From positions 8,052,012 through 8,116,011 of the forward strand of contig NC_057720.1 of assembly GCF_004010195.1 (NCBI RefSeq): a DNA stretch of 64,000 nt. The letters are read 5' to 3'. Below are positions 63,301-64,000 of this stretch, in pieces. The position numbers were made by a program, and so were the translations under genes. The stretch is from Chiloscyllium plagiosum (Eukaryota). Numbering within the stretch: the first letter of the stretch is position 1; the number at the start of each line of letters is the position of its first letter. The notes under the pieces were generated by a model. It did no database searches and was not told where the DNA came from. It saw only the letters and a program-made list of their open reading frames with translations.

Positions 63301-64000
63301 CAAAGTTTGTGAGAAGATTTGTAGCTCGGGTGCTCGTTGCTGTGGTTCTGTTCGCCGAGCTGGAAGTTTTTGTTGCAAACGTTTCGTCCCCTGTCTAGGT
63401 GACATCCTCAGTGCTTGGGAGCCTCCTGTGAAGCGCTTCTGTGGTGTTTCCTCCGGCATTTATAGTGGCCTGTCCCTGCCGCTTCCGGTTGTCAGTTTCA
63501 GCTGTCCGCTGTAGTGGCCGGTATATTGGGTCCAGGTCGATGTGTTTGTTGATGGAGTTTGTGGATGAGTGCCATGCTTCTCGGAATTCCCTGGCTGTTC
63601 TTTGTTTGGCTTGCCCTATAATGGTAGTGTTGTCCCAGTCGAATTCATGTTGCTTGTCGTCTGCGTGTGTGGCTACTAGGGATAGCTGGTCGTGTCGTTT
63701 CGTGGCTAGTTGATGTTCGTGGATGCGGATCGTTAGCTGTCTTCCTGTTTGTCCTATTATAGTGTTTTGTGCAGTCCTTGCATGGGATTTAGGACACTAT
63801 ATAGGACAAACAGGAAGACAGCTAACGATCCGCATCCACGAACATCAACTAGCCACGAAACGACACGACCAGCTATCCCTAGTAGCCACAAAAGCAGACG
63901 ACAAGCAACATGAATTCGACTGGGACAACACTACCATTATAGGGCAAGCCAAACAAAGAACAGCCAGGAAATTCCGAGAAACATGGCACTCATCCACAAA
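63301..64000. mobile_element. Young Poseidon-type PLE foldback (GIY-YIG region), running off the window end
   Basis: The left arm (-) 63301-~63790 and right arm (+) from ~63794 (HYIGQTGRQLTIRIHEHQLATKRHD) are near-identical inverted copies. Hammerhead at 63375-63414 (-). Same family as 32651-33320. Confidence 0.92.

Noticed and set aside
1..64000. CRISPR array, operon or prokaryotic defence system
   Set aside because: The sequence is vertebrate; there is no regularly spaced repeat-spacer structure or gene-dense region

Overview
This is eukaryotic, non-coding, repeat-rich DNA, almost certainly from a shark, and probably a carpet shark (inferred from HE1-type V-SINEs, HER1/CR1 LINEs and Deu-domain SINEs). 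No intact host protein-coding gene is recognisable; nearly all six-frame ORFs are transposon fragments or noise. The window is a mosaic of decayed CR1 LINEs, a second LINE family with its partner tRNA-SINE, an RTE fragment, HE1 and Deu-SINEs, a solo LTR and many Penelope-like elements (PLEs). The PLEs include Poseidon-type and Neptune-type copies with RT and GIY-YIG remnants, plus many 200-650 bp foldback derivatives with 10-17 bp target-site duplications (TSDs). The most striking signal is about 20 minimal hammerhead ribozyme motifs from at least five PLE families, whose stem I covaries between families and which sit at the centre of the small foldback insertions. Other signals: a diverged three-copy tandem unit at 38.6-39.6 kb, an 84-bp locally templated insertion, candidate minus-strand exons in a TE-free block at 50.4-52.7 kb, and a tRNA-Asn-like fragment. 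Repeat boundaries were read by eye and are approximate unless a TSD is quoted.
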